Source of the DNA: Desulfovermiculus sp.
Lineage (GTDB): Bacteria > Desulfobacterota > Desulfovibrionia > Desulfovibrionales > Desulfothermaceae
Direction: 5' to 3'
Length of the DNA: 36,654 bases
Assembly: GCA_046538645.1 (NCBI GenBank)
Contig: JBKHIL010000001.1
Coordinates: forward strand, 1 to 36,654
Made by a program: the position numbers and the translations under genes. The notes under the pieces were generated by a model, which saw only the letters and a list, made by a program, of their open reading frames with translations, was not told where the DNA came from and ran no database searches. This document shows, piece by piece, positions 9,895-18,653 of this stretch (positions are counted from its first letter, which is position 1; each line of letters starts with the position of its first letter).

Positions 9895-10734
9895 TCAGGC
9901 CACAAAACCGGAAAGCATGTCGAACGCCGCGCGGGGATCAAATCCTTGCCCGGTCCATATCTCGAACTGCCCCAAGGCCTGAGAGACAAACATCTCCAGC
10001 CCGCTGATCGTTTTGCACCCGGCCTGCTCAGCCTCATGCAGCAGTCTGGTTTTTTTGGGGGTGTAGACAAGATCAAAGACCCAGGGCACACCCTGCAGGC
10101 TGCGCCCCTCGGGCCAGGGGGAGTGATTCTGAAATTCGCCGGCCATGCCCAGGGGGGTACTGTTAATGAGGACATCAGGTTCACATTGACTCCGCTCCTC
10201 CCAGGCCAGACTGAGGATGCCCTGCCCTTTGAGCTGCCTGCTCACCTTCTGCTGATCCCGGGCGGAAAGAAAGATCTTGTGGCACCCCAGCTGACGCAAT
10301 GCCTCAACAGCGGCCAAAGACGCCCCCCCAGCCCCCAGAATCAGAGCCGAATCAGGGGCCACAGCGCGTTCACGCAAGGGACGAAAAATCCCCTGCCAGT
10401 CAGTATTTGTTCCCCAAAGGTCCCCTTGCTGCCAGTAGACTGTATTCACTGCCCCGATCTGGATGGCCTCATGAGTCATATGATCCAGGTAAGGGATGAT
10501 TCTCTGTTTATGGGGCAGAGTGACGCTCAGGCCATGTATGGGCAACACGCGAAGGGCCACAGTGAATGCTCCAAAATCAGAAGCATCGACATCCCACTTC
10601 ATGTAGGCCCCTGGGATCTGCAGGCAGGAAAAAGCCCAGGTGTGGAGGATTGGACTTAAAGAATGTCCGACAGGGTGCCCGATCACTCCGTATAAGGCCG
10701 AACACGGCCCTGGGACATGCAGTGGCAGGCTCAT
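9895..10734 (-). CDS. aroE: Shikimate dehydrogenase
   Basis: HSLSP, SVTLPHK, GAVNT, NTD, LGAGGA, NSTPLGM, DLVYTP. Confidence 0.95.
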   Translation of the reverse strand: MSLPLHVPGPCSALYGVIGHPVGHSLSPILHTWAFSCLQIPGAYMKWDVDASDFGAFTVALRVLPIHGLSVTLPHKQRIIPYLDHMTHEAIQIGAVNTVYWQQGDLWGTNTDWQGIFRPLRERAVAPDSALILGAGGASLAAVEALRQLGCHKIFLSARDQQKVSRQLKGQGILSLAWEERSQCEPDVLINSTPLGMAGEFQNHSPWPEGRSLQGVPWVFDLVYTPKKTRLLHEAEQAGCKTISGLEMFVSQALGQFEIWTGQGFDPRAAFDMLSGFVA

Positions 10735-10761
10735 ACTCTTACCTGAGGTTTAAAGTATCGA

Positions 10762-11349
10762 TCAGCGTTTGCCTGTTCCCTCTTCCACAATCTGGGCACC
10801 GCAGCCGGCTTGAGCCGCAGCCTCGGCCCCCCGGATCAGGGCCTGATCATTGGCCTGGACCAGCTTTTCACCCTTGGCTGAAAACAATGACCCCACCACA
10901 TCGCGCACACTGTCAAGAGACAGGGCGTTTGTGGCGTGTATCCAGGCTCCCAGAGCCACTATGTTGGCCATTTTCACTGTGCCCAGATCATCGGCAATAT
11001 CGTTCGCTGCTATCGGGAGCAGACAAACGCCCGGCTCTTGGATCTGCGCGGTGTCGACAAGGGATGAATTGACCACAAGGATTCCTCCAGCCCGAAGGCG
11101 GGGTAAAAACTTGGTCAAGGATGGCTGATTCATAACAATCAAGCTCATGGGGGAATGAATGACCGGGGATCCGATCTCCGTATCAGCTAAAACCACAGTG
11201 CAATTGGCTGTGCCGCCCCGCATTTCCACCCCATAGACCGGCATAAAGGTCACGTTCTGCCCAGCCTGCATAGCGGCCTGGGCCAGGACATTTCCTATCA
11301 ACAGGACACCTTGGCCACCGAATCCGGCAATAATTACATCCTGATACAC
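10762..11349 (-). CDS. 2-oxoacid:ferredoxin oxidoreductase gamma subunit
   Basis: GTG start with SD GGAGG; AGFGGQG, YGVEMRGG, ANIVALGA. Confidence 0.92.
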   Translation of the reverse strand: MYQDVIIAGFGGQGVLLIGNVLAQAAMQAGQNVTFMPVYGVEMRGGTANCTVVLADTEIGSPVIHSPMSLIVMNQPSLTKFLPRLRAGGILVVNSSLVDTAQIQEPGVCLLPIAANDIADDLGTVKMANIVALGAWIHATNALSLDSVRDVVGSLFSAKGEKLVQANDQALIRGAEAAAQAGCGAQIVEEGTGKR

Positions 11350-12125
11350 GTCTCTCCTCCACTTGCTTCCGCCGCTTGGCCGGGATCTTTATACACCCCC
11401 AGGGGAAAATATTCGCTGAGCTCACCACTTATCCGGGCATTGGCCTCCAAGGGGTTCATATGCCAGTTGGTAGGACAAGCGGAGAGGAACTCAACAAAGC
11501 CCAGCCCCAGGCCCTGCATCTGCACTTCAAAGGCTTTTTTCAACGCCTTCTTGGCCTTTTTCAGATGGGCTATACTGTCCACAGCTACCCGGGCCGAATA
11601 AGCAGTTCCCTCCAGGGAAGCCAGCATCTCAGCCATCTTCAGGGGGGCCCCGTCCCGTTCCTGGCTCCTTCCCCCAGCACAGGTGGTGGTTTTTTGCCCC
11701 ACCATGGTCGTGGGGGCCATCTGTCCGCCGGTCATGCCATATACGGTATTGTTCACAAAAACCACACTCACCTTCTCACCCCGGTTGGCGGCGTACACAA
11801 TCTCCGAAAGCCCGATGGCCGCCAAGTCCCCGTCTCCTTGATAGGTGAAGACAAAGTTTTTTGGGCTGGCCCGCTTGACTCCAGTGGCCACGGCCGCAGC
11901 CCGCCCATGCGGGGCCTCCACTGCATCAAGGCGCAGGTAATTGTAAATAAAGACTGAACAGCCTACTGACCCGACGCAGATAGTGGTATCCACAAGTCCC
12001 AGTTCAGTGAGGCACTCGCCTACCAGGCGGTGGATCGTTCCATGGTGGCAGCCGGGGCAAAAATGCATGGGCGTGTCTACCATGACTTCGGGCACGGTAA
12101 AGACAGCTTGTTCCTGATTATGCAT
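11334..12125 (-). CDS. 2-oxoacid:ferredoxin oxidoreductase beta subunit (TPP-binding)
   Basis: Start re-called at ATG 12125 behind GGAGG. FCPGCHHG, HGRA, TPP motif GDGD...NN, YGMTGGQ, CPTNW. Confidence 0.92.
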   Translation of the reverse strand: MHNQEQAVFTVPEVMVDTPMHFCPGCHHGTIHRLVGECLTELGLVDTTICVGSVGCSVFIYNYLRLDAVEAPHGRAAAVATGVKRASPKNFVFTYQGDGDLAAIGLSEIVYAANRGEKVSVVFVNNTVYGMTGGQMAPTTMVGQKTTTCAGGRSQERDGAPLKMAEMLASLEGTAYSARVAVDSIAHLKKAKKALKKAFEVQMQGLGLGFVEFLSACPTNWHMNPLEANARISGELSEYFPLGVYKDPGQAAEASGGETCIRM

Positions 12126-12126
12126 G

Positions 12127-13206
12127 TTACGCCTCCTCCGTCTGCTGTTCACGGTGTATGAGTTGCCGGATGGGGAGTTCAAAATCTTCCGGATTTGGCA
12201 GTATGCCGGGATAAACAGACAAGAGCTCAGAATCTGCAAATCGCCTGACAGCGAGGCGCACATCATCCACCATTTGTCCGGTGTTATGTTCGATGGTAAT
12301 AAAGCGCTTCCCTTTACTGGCCAGGTCGTCCAAGGCCGCAGAAGGAAAGGGATAAAGCGTAATCGGCCGGAAAAGTCCGACCCGGTATCCCTCTGCCCGC
12401 AGGCTGCGGATTGTGTTTTTGGCGATCCTGGCAATGGAGCCGTAGGCCACGACCACCAGCTGTGCATCCTGGGTCTGGACCTCCTCTCCTCTGGCTTCGG
12501 CCTGCATCTGCTCATATTTAGAGTTCAGATGGGCGTGATGTTCGGCCAGAGCCCCCTCAGAGAGATATAAGGACTTTAATAACCTGGGAGCACGTCCTCT
12601 GGCGCCGCCTAAGGCCCAATCTTCAGCCTCGCCTTCCGGGCGTCCCCTGGTCCTCCAGGCCTGGATCGGTTCCTTCATCTGACCCAAAATGGCATCTCCT
12701 AGGATTACAACTGGATTACGATACGTGAAGGCCAGATCAAAGGCCTCAACAGTGAAATCATAGGCCTCTTGACAGGTGGAAGGAGCCAGGACCAGAGTCC
12801 GGTAGTCACCATGCCCGCCCCCCCGGGTGGCCTGGTAATAATCCCCCTGCGAGGGATCGATGCTCCCCAGGCCCGGACCTCCGCGGCATATATTGACAAT
12901 GACCGCAGGCAGGTCGCTTCCGGCCATATAAGAGATGGCCTCCTGCTTCAAGGAGATGCCCGGGCTGGAGGAAGAGGTCATAGCCCTCTTACCGCAGGCA
13001 GCCGCTCCCAGGACCATGTTGGCTGCTGCGATTTCGCTTTCGGCTTGAATGAATTCACCACCTGCCTGCACCAATGCGGTGGACAGATATTCAGGTATAT
13101 CACTCTGGGGGGTGATGGGATAGGCAAAATAGCACTCACATCCAGCATCCATGGCCCCCATGGCAATGGCTTCATTGCCCTTGACCAGTATCCGATCAGT
13201 CCTCAT
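12127..13206 (-). CDS. vorB: 2-oxoacid:ferredoxin oxidoreductase alpha subunit (VorB-like, 2-ketoisovalerate type)
   Basis: Start re-called at ATG 13206 (alternative 13212). KGNEA, YPITPQ, QAESEIAA, SSSPGISLKQE, RGGPGLG. Confidence 0.88.
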   Translation of the reverse strand: MRTDRILVKGNEAIAMGAMDAGCECYFAYPITPQSDIPEYLSTALVQAGGEFIQAESEIAAANMVLGAAACGKRAMTSSSSPGISLKQEAISYMAGSDLPAVIVNICRGGPGLGSIDPSQGDYYQATRGGGHGDYRTLVLAPSTCQEAYDFTVEAFDLAFTYRNPVVILGDAILGQMKEPIQAWRTRGRPEGEAEDWALGGARGRAPRLLKSLYLSEGALAEHHAHLNSKYEQMQAEARGEEVQTQDAQLVVVAYGSIARIAKNTIRSLRAEGYRVGLFRPITLYPFPSAALDDLASKGKRFITIEHNTGQMVDDVRLAVRRFADSELLSVYPGILPNPEDFELPIRQLIHREQQTEEA

Positions 13207-13435
13207 GTCCATCCCCGTTGTTTTGACTGCGAAAGACCCGGATGACCATATCCGGGCATATTTGAGCACAAAAGGCGCACCCTTTGCATTGATCCAGACC
13301 ACCTGGTCCAACGTGCACAACCTTATATCCCAAATCATTCATACGCTCGGATTGTTCCAATACGCCGGTTGGACATACCATTGTGCACAGCAGACAACCC
13401 TTGCACCGCTCTTCCCGAATTTCCACTCTGGACAT
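13196..13435 (-). CDS. 2[4Fe-4S] ferredoxin-like delta subunit of the oxidoreductase
   Basis: Two CxxCxxCxxxCP motifs (CKGCLLCTMVCP, CKGCAFCAQICP); first gene of the operon. Confidence 0.93.
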   Translation of the reverse strand: MSRVEIREERCKGCLLCTMVCPTGVLEQSERMNDLGYKVVHVGPGGLDQCKGCAFCAQICPDMVIRVFRSQNNGDGHED

Positions 13436-13504
13436 ATGCTCCCCGCTCAGGATTAACGACCGATATTACGGCAAACTTTGGTACAAATCAGTTTCCGCCT
13501 TATT

Positions 13505-13522
13505 TGTCAATAGGCTTTGACA
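13505..13522. promoter_or_regulatory. TGTCAA-N6-TTGACA inverted repeat containing a minus-strand TTGACA (-35-like) upstream of the oxidoreductase operon
   Basis: Sequence tgtcaa-taggct-ttgaca, ~70 bp upstream of the ferredoxin start; no good -10 hexamer identified. Confidence 0.4.
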
Positions 13523-13543
13523 GCCCATGAGTGCAGAGCCGAC

Positions 13544-14665
13544 TCAACGAATGAACATTGCATCCCCGTAGGAAAAGAACCTGTATCCATGGGCCACTGC
13601 CTGTTCATAAGCCGTCAGGATTTCTTTCCGCCCGGCAAAGGCAGAGACCATCAATAAAAGGGACGAACGGGGGAGATGAAAGTTGGTGATCATATGGTCG
13701 ACCACCTGAAATTGTGATCCAGGATACAAAAACAGGTCAGTCCAGCCCCAATATGGCTGAATCCGCCCGAATCGGGCCCAGACGGTCTCCAGGGCCCGGA
13801 CCGCAGTGGTGCCCACTGCTACCACCGGCCGCCCCTCATATCTGGCCTGCTCCAATTCGGTGGCAGCTTCTGGTGGAACCTGCATAAGCTCCGCATGCAT
13901 CTTGTGTCCGCGGATGTCTCTGACCCGGATGGGAGTAAACGTGCCGTACCCTACATACAGGACAAGCTCAACAAAGTTGTGTCCACGATGCTTGAGATCC
14001 TGGATCTGCTCTGAGCTGAAATGCAGGCCAGCTGTGGGCGCTGCCACAGATCCAAGCTTTTGGTCCTGAGCATACACGGTCTGGTAGCGGCATGTATCCT
14101 CTTTTCCCGCCCGGCGCCGGATGTAGGGAGGAAGCGGGATGTTTCCGTGTTCGAGCAAAATCTGCCCCAGATCGCCCTGCCATTTGATTCTTATTCGACA
14201 GCGTCCAAACTGGTAGACCTCACTCACCTCAGCCCCAAGGCCTCCGGGGAGATCTATCTGACTTCCGGGTTTCAGGCCTTTTGCCGGACGAAGCAGGCCC
14301 TGTACCTGGGTCTCTTTCCATCCTGAACCGGCATCTTGTACCTCAATGGCCGGCAAGGGCGTAAGAAGCAAAAACTCGACCCGGCCCTGTGTTGCCCTCT
14401 TGTGTCCTTGCAGCCTAGCCGGTATAACTTTGCTCACATTGGTGACCAGAACACTTTTCTCAGGCAGAACCCGGGCCAGGTGAGAAAACCGCTCATGCCT
14501 GATGGCTCCCGTTCCCCGGTCCATAACCAGCAGACGCGAGTCCTGGCGCTGGCAGAGCGGATACTGAGCTATTTGCTCCTCAGGCAGGTCAAAGACATAG
14601 CTTTCCAAATCGTAGTCCGCGGGAATTTCATCCATTTTTTGGCTTGTCATCGCTGGGTCTTTCAT
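13544..14665 (-). CDS. queA: S-adenosylmethionine:tRNA ribosyltransferase-isomerase
   Basis: LPEEQIAQYP, PLPPYI, YQTVYA, GSVAAPTAGLHF, AVGTT, TNFHLPRS, YRFFSYGDAM. The true start may be a few codons downstream. Confidence 0.96.
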   Translation of the reverse strand: MKDPAMTSQKMDEIPADYDLESYVFDLPEEQIAQYPLCQRQDSRLLVMDRGTGAIRHERFSHLARVLPEKSVLVTNVSKVIPARLQGHKRATQGRVEFLLLTPLPAIEVQDAGSGWKETQVQGLLRPAKGLKPGSQIDLPGGLGAEVSEVYQFGRCRIRIKWQGDLGQILLEHGNIPLPPYIRRRAGKEDTCRYQTVYAQDQKLGSVAAPTAGLHFSSEQIQDLKHRGHNFVELVLYVGYGTFTPIRVRDIRGHKMHAELMQVPPEAATELEQARYEGRPVVAVGTTAVRALETVWARFGRIQPYWGWTDLFLYPGSQFQVVDHMITNFHLPRSSLLLMVSAFAGRKEILTAYEQAVAHGYRFFSYGDAMFIR

Positions 14666-14911
14666 GATTAAATTCCGGGATTACTCCCCAACATCATATG
14701 TATGTATGTGCCTGTAAATTGTTTTTTTAAACATTTTTTTCTTTGTCAGCTGTGCCGGAGGCAAAGCTGGCTCAGAAGAAGGAAGCTTGATGCGCGATCA
14801 CCGGATGCCCGGAAAATCAACAGATACGTTCTGCCCTCCAGGTCCTGGAGTGTGGCTCAAAACCCGGCCCCTTGCAACACATCTGCATCCTCACAAAAAC
14901 GGAGGTATCCT

Positions 14912-15397
14912 ATGCGCAGGACAATATCCTGGACTCTGACGGCGATCCTTGTGTCAATGGCCCTGGGCTGTACAGCCTTGACCCGGAGCAATTCAGACCA
15001 AAATCCAGAAACTGATATATCCGTAAATGGCAGCCTGGATTCGGCAGCCAAGGAGTATGATTTTGAGGATGTCGTGATTCCATCAGAAATGAAATTGCAA
15101 AAAGACGAATCTTTTATTATGCAGACTCCTCAGGTCAAAGCAGGTATCCTGGTCTACACCGGATGGGTGGATCCAGTTTCCCTGTTTTCATTTTATCTAA
15201 GCGCCATGCCCAGTGAAGGCTGGAAACCGCTGAGTTATTTCAAGTACGGCCACTATCTCCTGGTTTTTGAAAAATCAGAGAAAGTAAGTGTGATTCGGAT
15301 CCGGAAAGGCCGCTTTACCACCCGCTTGGAAATATGGGTCAGTCCGGCCATGTCAGTGAGCGAATCCGGTATCTCGGAAAGAGTATTGACTCCATGA
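14912..15397 (+). CDS. Uncharacterised lipoprotein, 161 aa
   Basis: Start re-called at ATG 14912 behind GGAGG; signal peptide with lipobox ALGC; its stop overlaps the coaBC start (ATGA). Confidence 0.8.
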   Translation: MRRTISWTLTAILVSMALGCTALTRSNSDQNPETDISVNGSLDSAAKEYDFEDVVIPSEMKLQKDESFIMQTPQVKAGILVYTGWVDPVSLFSFYLSAMPSEGWKPLSYFKYGHYLLVFEKSEKVSVIRIRKGRFTTRLEIWVSPAMSVSESGISERVLTP

Positions 15398-16617
15398 TTC
15401 CTGAACACTACCACCTCTCATTTCCACTGCACTTCAGGCTGCATATCGGCATTTGCGGGAGTATTGCTGCATACAAGGCCCTGGACCTGTGTCGCAGCTT
15501 TCAGAGTCTTGGTCTTCAGGTGGGGGCCACACTCACCCAGGCTGGTTCTCAGTTTATCACCCCGCTGGCCTTGACTGCCCTTGGCGCAGATCCGGTATAC
15601 ACCGAGCTTTTTGCTCCCCGGGACAGTGTCTATGCGCACCTGGAACCCGGTCAGACCAGCCGGGCCTTTTTGGTCGCGCCGGCCAGTGCCAATACACTGG
15701 CCAAAATGGCCAACGGCCTGGCCGATACCATGCTTTCCTGCCAGCTTTTAGCTGCCCCATGCCCAGTGGTTATTGCCCCAGCCATGAATCCTAACCTGTG
15801 GGAAGCCGAAGCCACACAGGAAAATGTCCGCCGCCTGAGTCAGCGCGACAATATGACCATCATTTCCCCTGACAGTGGACACGTTGCCTGTGGAGATCAC
15901 GGGACCGGCCGGCTGGCCAGCGGTCCTGAACTGATATGGAACACTCTGCGCTGCATGGCCACATCAGACCTGCAGGGGCGCAAGATCCTGATCAATCTCG
16001 GACCAACCCGCGAATTCTGGGACCCGGTCCGCTTCTGGTCCAATCCCTCGTCCGGCAAAATGGGAGCGGCCATGGCCCTCACCGCCTGGCTGCGGGGCGC
16101 CGAGGTCCATTGCGTCTGCGGCCCAACCGAGCAGTGGCTGCCGCAGGCAATTCCCTGCACCCGGGTCTGTTCGGCCCGGGAGATGAACGAGGCCTGCCTT
16201 GACCTCTGGCCTGGGACTGACATCGGATGCATGGCGGCAGCGGTTTGCGATTTTCGGCCCACGGCGTTCTCTGATCATAAATTCAAAAAAAACAGTCTGC
16301 AGGGAGAACTCAATATCTCTTTTTCCTCCAATCCGGATATCTTGCGCGCCCTGGGGGAACAAAAAAAACCGCACCAGATCCTGATCGGATTCGCCGCTGA
16401 GTCTGAAACCGAGTATGAACCCTTGGTTTTGCAGAAGCTGGCCCGCAAGAAACTTGACTGCATCGTAGCCAATCGTATCACCCAACTAGGAACAGGGTTT
16501 GGCTCACCTACCAATAGTGTTACCGTCTTTTTCCCCGGCGGACAAAGCCATCCCCTGCACAGCATGAGCAAAGCTGATGTGGCCTGGAAGATATGGGACT
16601 TGATCTGCGCGAACTAA
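15394..16617 (+). CDS. coaBC: Bifunctional phosphopantothenoylcysteine decarboxylase/synthetase
   Basis: Start re-called at ATG 15394. GSIAAYK, APASAN, PAMN, ACGDHGTGR, GPTRE..DPVRF.SN.SSGKMG, GFAAES. Confidence 0.95.
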   Translation: MIPEHYHLSFPLHFRLHIGICGSIAAYKALDLCRSFQSLGLQVGATLTQAGSQFITPLALTALGADPVYTELFAPRDSVYAHLEPGQTSRAFLVAPASANTLAKMANGLADTMLSCQLLAAPCPVVIAPAMNPNLWEAEATQENVRRLSQRDNMTIISPDSGHVACGDHGTGRLASGPELIWNTLRCMATSDLQGRKILINLGPTREFWDPVRFWSNPSSGKMGAAMALTAWLRGAEVHCVCGPTEQWLPQAIPCTRVCSAREMNEACLDLWPGTDIGCMAAAVCDFRPTAFSDHKFKKNSLQGELNISFSSNPDILRALGEQKKPHQILIGFAAESETEYEPLVLQKLARKKLDCIVANRITQLGTGFGSPTNSVTVFFPGGQSHPLHSMSKADVAWKIWDLICAN

Positions 16618-17267
16618 ACATACCTCAGGGTTTTCTGGCTCTCTACCAGGCTGGCATCAGCTATCTTCTCCCTGCAGATGATATCCGTGAACCGTCCAGG
16701 CAGGACACCCGGGCAGTCAAAGAAGAAGACCCAGCCCAGGAAGTGCATCCCGATCAACGATTTCCGCCCCCATGGTCCAAGGTGTGGAAAAAGCTTCGCC
16801 CCCCGTACACCATGGTCTGGACCTACTGGCAGCTGTCCGAAGATCTGGGACCAGCCCCGTGCCTTGAGCGCCAGCAGCTGTTCAAGGCCATCCTGTCCCA
16901 GCTGCGCTGGCCCAGGGGGAGTGTGGCCTTTTGGCCCCTTTCAGCTTTTGACGGCCAAACCCATACAGCGCACTTAGATCTCTTTTGGTCCGGTATCCAG
17001 GCCTTACAGGCCGAGCTTGTGGTCATCTTCGGAACAAAGGCCTTTCAGACCTTATTTCCAGACAAGGGCCTCGGACTTGGATTTTCAAGCACCAAGGACG
17101 GGCTGCAGGTAGTCCATGTTCCCGGTCCTGAGGATATGCTGCCCAATAACCGGGATATGAAAAATCTGACCTGGAATATGCTGTGTCCGCTGAGTCCATT
17201 GCAGAGTAACCGTTTAAAAGGCGGCCCTTCCCGCTCAGGCCCTGGAGGCCCGGTCCCGGGAGCTTGA
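16593..17267 (+). CDS. Hypothetical protein with a degenerate uracil-DNA glycosylase-like C-terminal region
   Basis: 224-aa ORF overlapping the coaBC end by 25 nt and filling the gap to the epimerase; segments resemble family-4 UDG (see findings). Confidence 0.7.
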   Translation: MGLDLRELNIPQGFLALYQAGISYLLPADDIREPSRQDTRAVKEEDPAQEVHPDQRFPPPWSKVWKKLRPPYTMVWTYWQLSEDLGPAPCLERQQLFKAILSQLRWPRGSVAFWPLSAFDGQTHTAHLDLFWSGIQALQAELVVIFGTKAFQTLFPDKGLGLGFSSTKDGLQVVHVPGPEDMLPNNRDMKNLTWNMLCPLSPLQSNRLKGGPSRSGPGGPVPGA

Positions 17268-17316
17268 TTGCCTCTCGCGGGCATTTTCCACAAGGGGAAA
17301 ATCAAAAGGAGTTTGC

Positions 17317-18327
17317 ATGCATATTTTGGTCACCGGAGCAGCTGGGTTTATTGGGTACCATTTAGCCAGGCGCTTGACCGCTGATGGACATAGTGTGCTT
17401 GGACTGGACAACCTCAGTCCGTATTACTCTGTGGAGCTCAAAAAAGATCGCCTGCACCAACTCTGTCAATCACCCCGCTTTGAGTTTGTGACCTGCGCCT
17501 TGGAGCAAAAAAATGAGCTGCGCGATCTGTTTGCCAGACACTCCTTTGATTGCGTCGTCAACCTGGCCGCCCAGGCCGGAGTCCGCTACAGCCTGACCAA
17601 CCCAGAGGCCTATATAGACACCAACCTGGTCGGTTTTGGCCATATTCTGGAGTGCTGTCGGCAAAATGAGGTGAAACATCTGGTATTTGCCTCCTCCAGC
17701 TCAGTCTATGGCCTGAACACCACTCTGCCCTTTAGTGTTCATGACAATGTCGACCACCCTATCAGCCTGTATGCTGCCAGCAAAAAGGCCAACGAACTTA
17801 TGGCCCACACGTACAGTTACCTGTACAATCTGCCCTGCACAGGACTGAGATTTTTTACCGTCTACGGCCCATGGGGAAGGCCGGATATGGCCCTTTTCCT
17901 GTTTACTGAAGCCATACTCAAGGACCGGCCCATTCAAGTATTCAATTACGGGCGGATGGAAAGAGACTTCACCTATATTGACGACATTGTGGAAGGTATC
18001 GTGCGGGTTATTCACCGGGTGCCCAGTCCGAACTCATCCTGGAACAGCAGCGCCCCTGACCCTTCTTCCAGCCTCGCCCCGTACAAATTATATAATATTG
18101 GCAACAATAACAGCGTACAGCTGATGCACTTCATTCAGGCTCTGGAAACCTGTTTAGGCCGGGAGGCGCGTAAGGAATATCTCCCCCTTCAGCCGGGAGA
18201 TGTTCCCCGAACCTATGCCGATGTTCAGGACCTGCAAGATGATGTCGGTTTCTGCCCCAATACCCCGGTTGAACAAGGAATACAGGAATTTGTTCATTGG
18301 TATCTCTGGTATTATCACTCCTTATAA
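17317..18327 (+). CDS. NAD-dependent epimerase, UDP-glucuronate 4-epimerase type
   Basis: VTGAAGFIG, NLAAQAGVRYS, ASSSSVYG, YAASK, FFTVYGPWGRPDM; SD AAGGAG. Confidence 0.92.
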   Translation: MHILVTGAAGFIGYHLARRLTADGHSVLGLDNLSPYYSVELKKDRLHQLCQSPRFEFVTCALEQKNELRDLFARHSFDCVVNLAAQAGVRYSLTNPEAYIDTNLVGFGHILECCRQNEVKHLVFASSSSVYGLNTTLPFSVHDNVDHPISLYAASKKANELMAHTYSYLYNLPCTGLRFFTVYGPWGRPDMALFLFTEAILKDRPIQVFNYGRMERDFTYIDDIVEGIVRVIHRVPSPNSSWNSSAPDPSSSLAPYKLYNIGNNNSVQLMHFIQALETCLGREARKEYLPLQPGDVPRTYADVQDLQDDVGFCPNTPVEQGIQEFVHWYLWYYHSL

Positions 18328-18359
18328 ATCGCGCCACAATTGTTGCGGAGGGAACAAGG

Positions 18360-18653
18360 ATGCGCTTACGACACATCAAGAACGAGATGGATACAGTGTT
18401 TACCAAAATCAAAAAGACATCTGCTGAAGGCGATCTCCCAGATGAGGGAGATGTCAAACAGCTCGTCCGCCTCTGTAGCCATATGCAGACCTATGCTCAG
18501 GAAGAATGGGCCTTTGAAGCTGACGATTTTTTGCATCTGGCTCAGGAACTCTTGCAGAGCGTTCGGCACAAAGAGGTTCAAGAGACCATCCCCTTGATTG
18601 ATTCCCTGGAAGAGGCTAAAACATATTGCCATCGCACATTCAAACCGGAATAG
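18360..18653 (+). CDS. XXXCH-domain protein (GAK-system type, cytochrome c'-like C-terminus), 97 aa
   Basis: Start re-called at ATG 18360 behind GGAGG; acidic helical protein ending LEEAKTYCHRTFK. Confidence 0.72.
   Translation: MRLRHIKNEMDTVFTKIKKTSAEGDLPDEGDVKQLVRLCSHMQTYAQEEWAFEADDFLHLAQELLQSVRHKEVQETIPLIDSLEEAKTYCHRTFKPE

Noticed and set aside
12126-12515. Long N-terminal extensions given for the oxidoreductase beta and alpha subunits, and similarly for ilvD, aspS, mltF and the lipoprotein
   Set aside because: They overlap upstream genes or spacers; SD position and family N-termini support the shorter starts.
17284-17292. TTTTCCACA DnaA-box-like 9-mer before the epimerase
   Set aside because: A single box with no cluster or unwinding element; expected by chance, so oriC is not called here.
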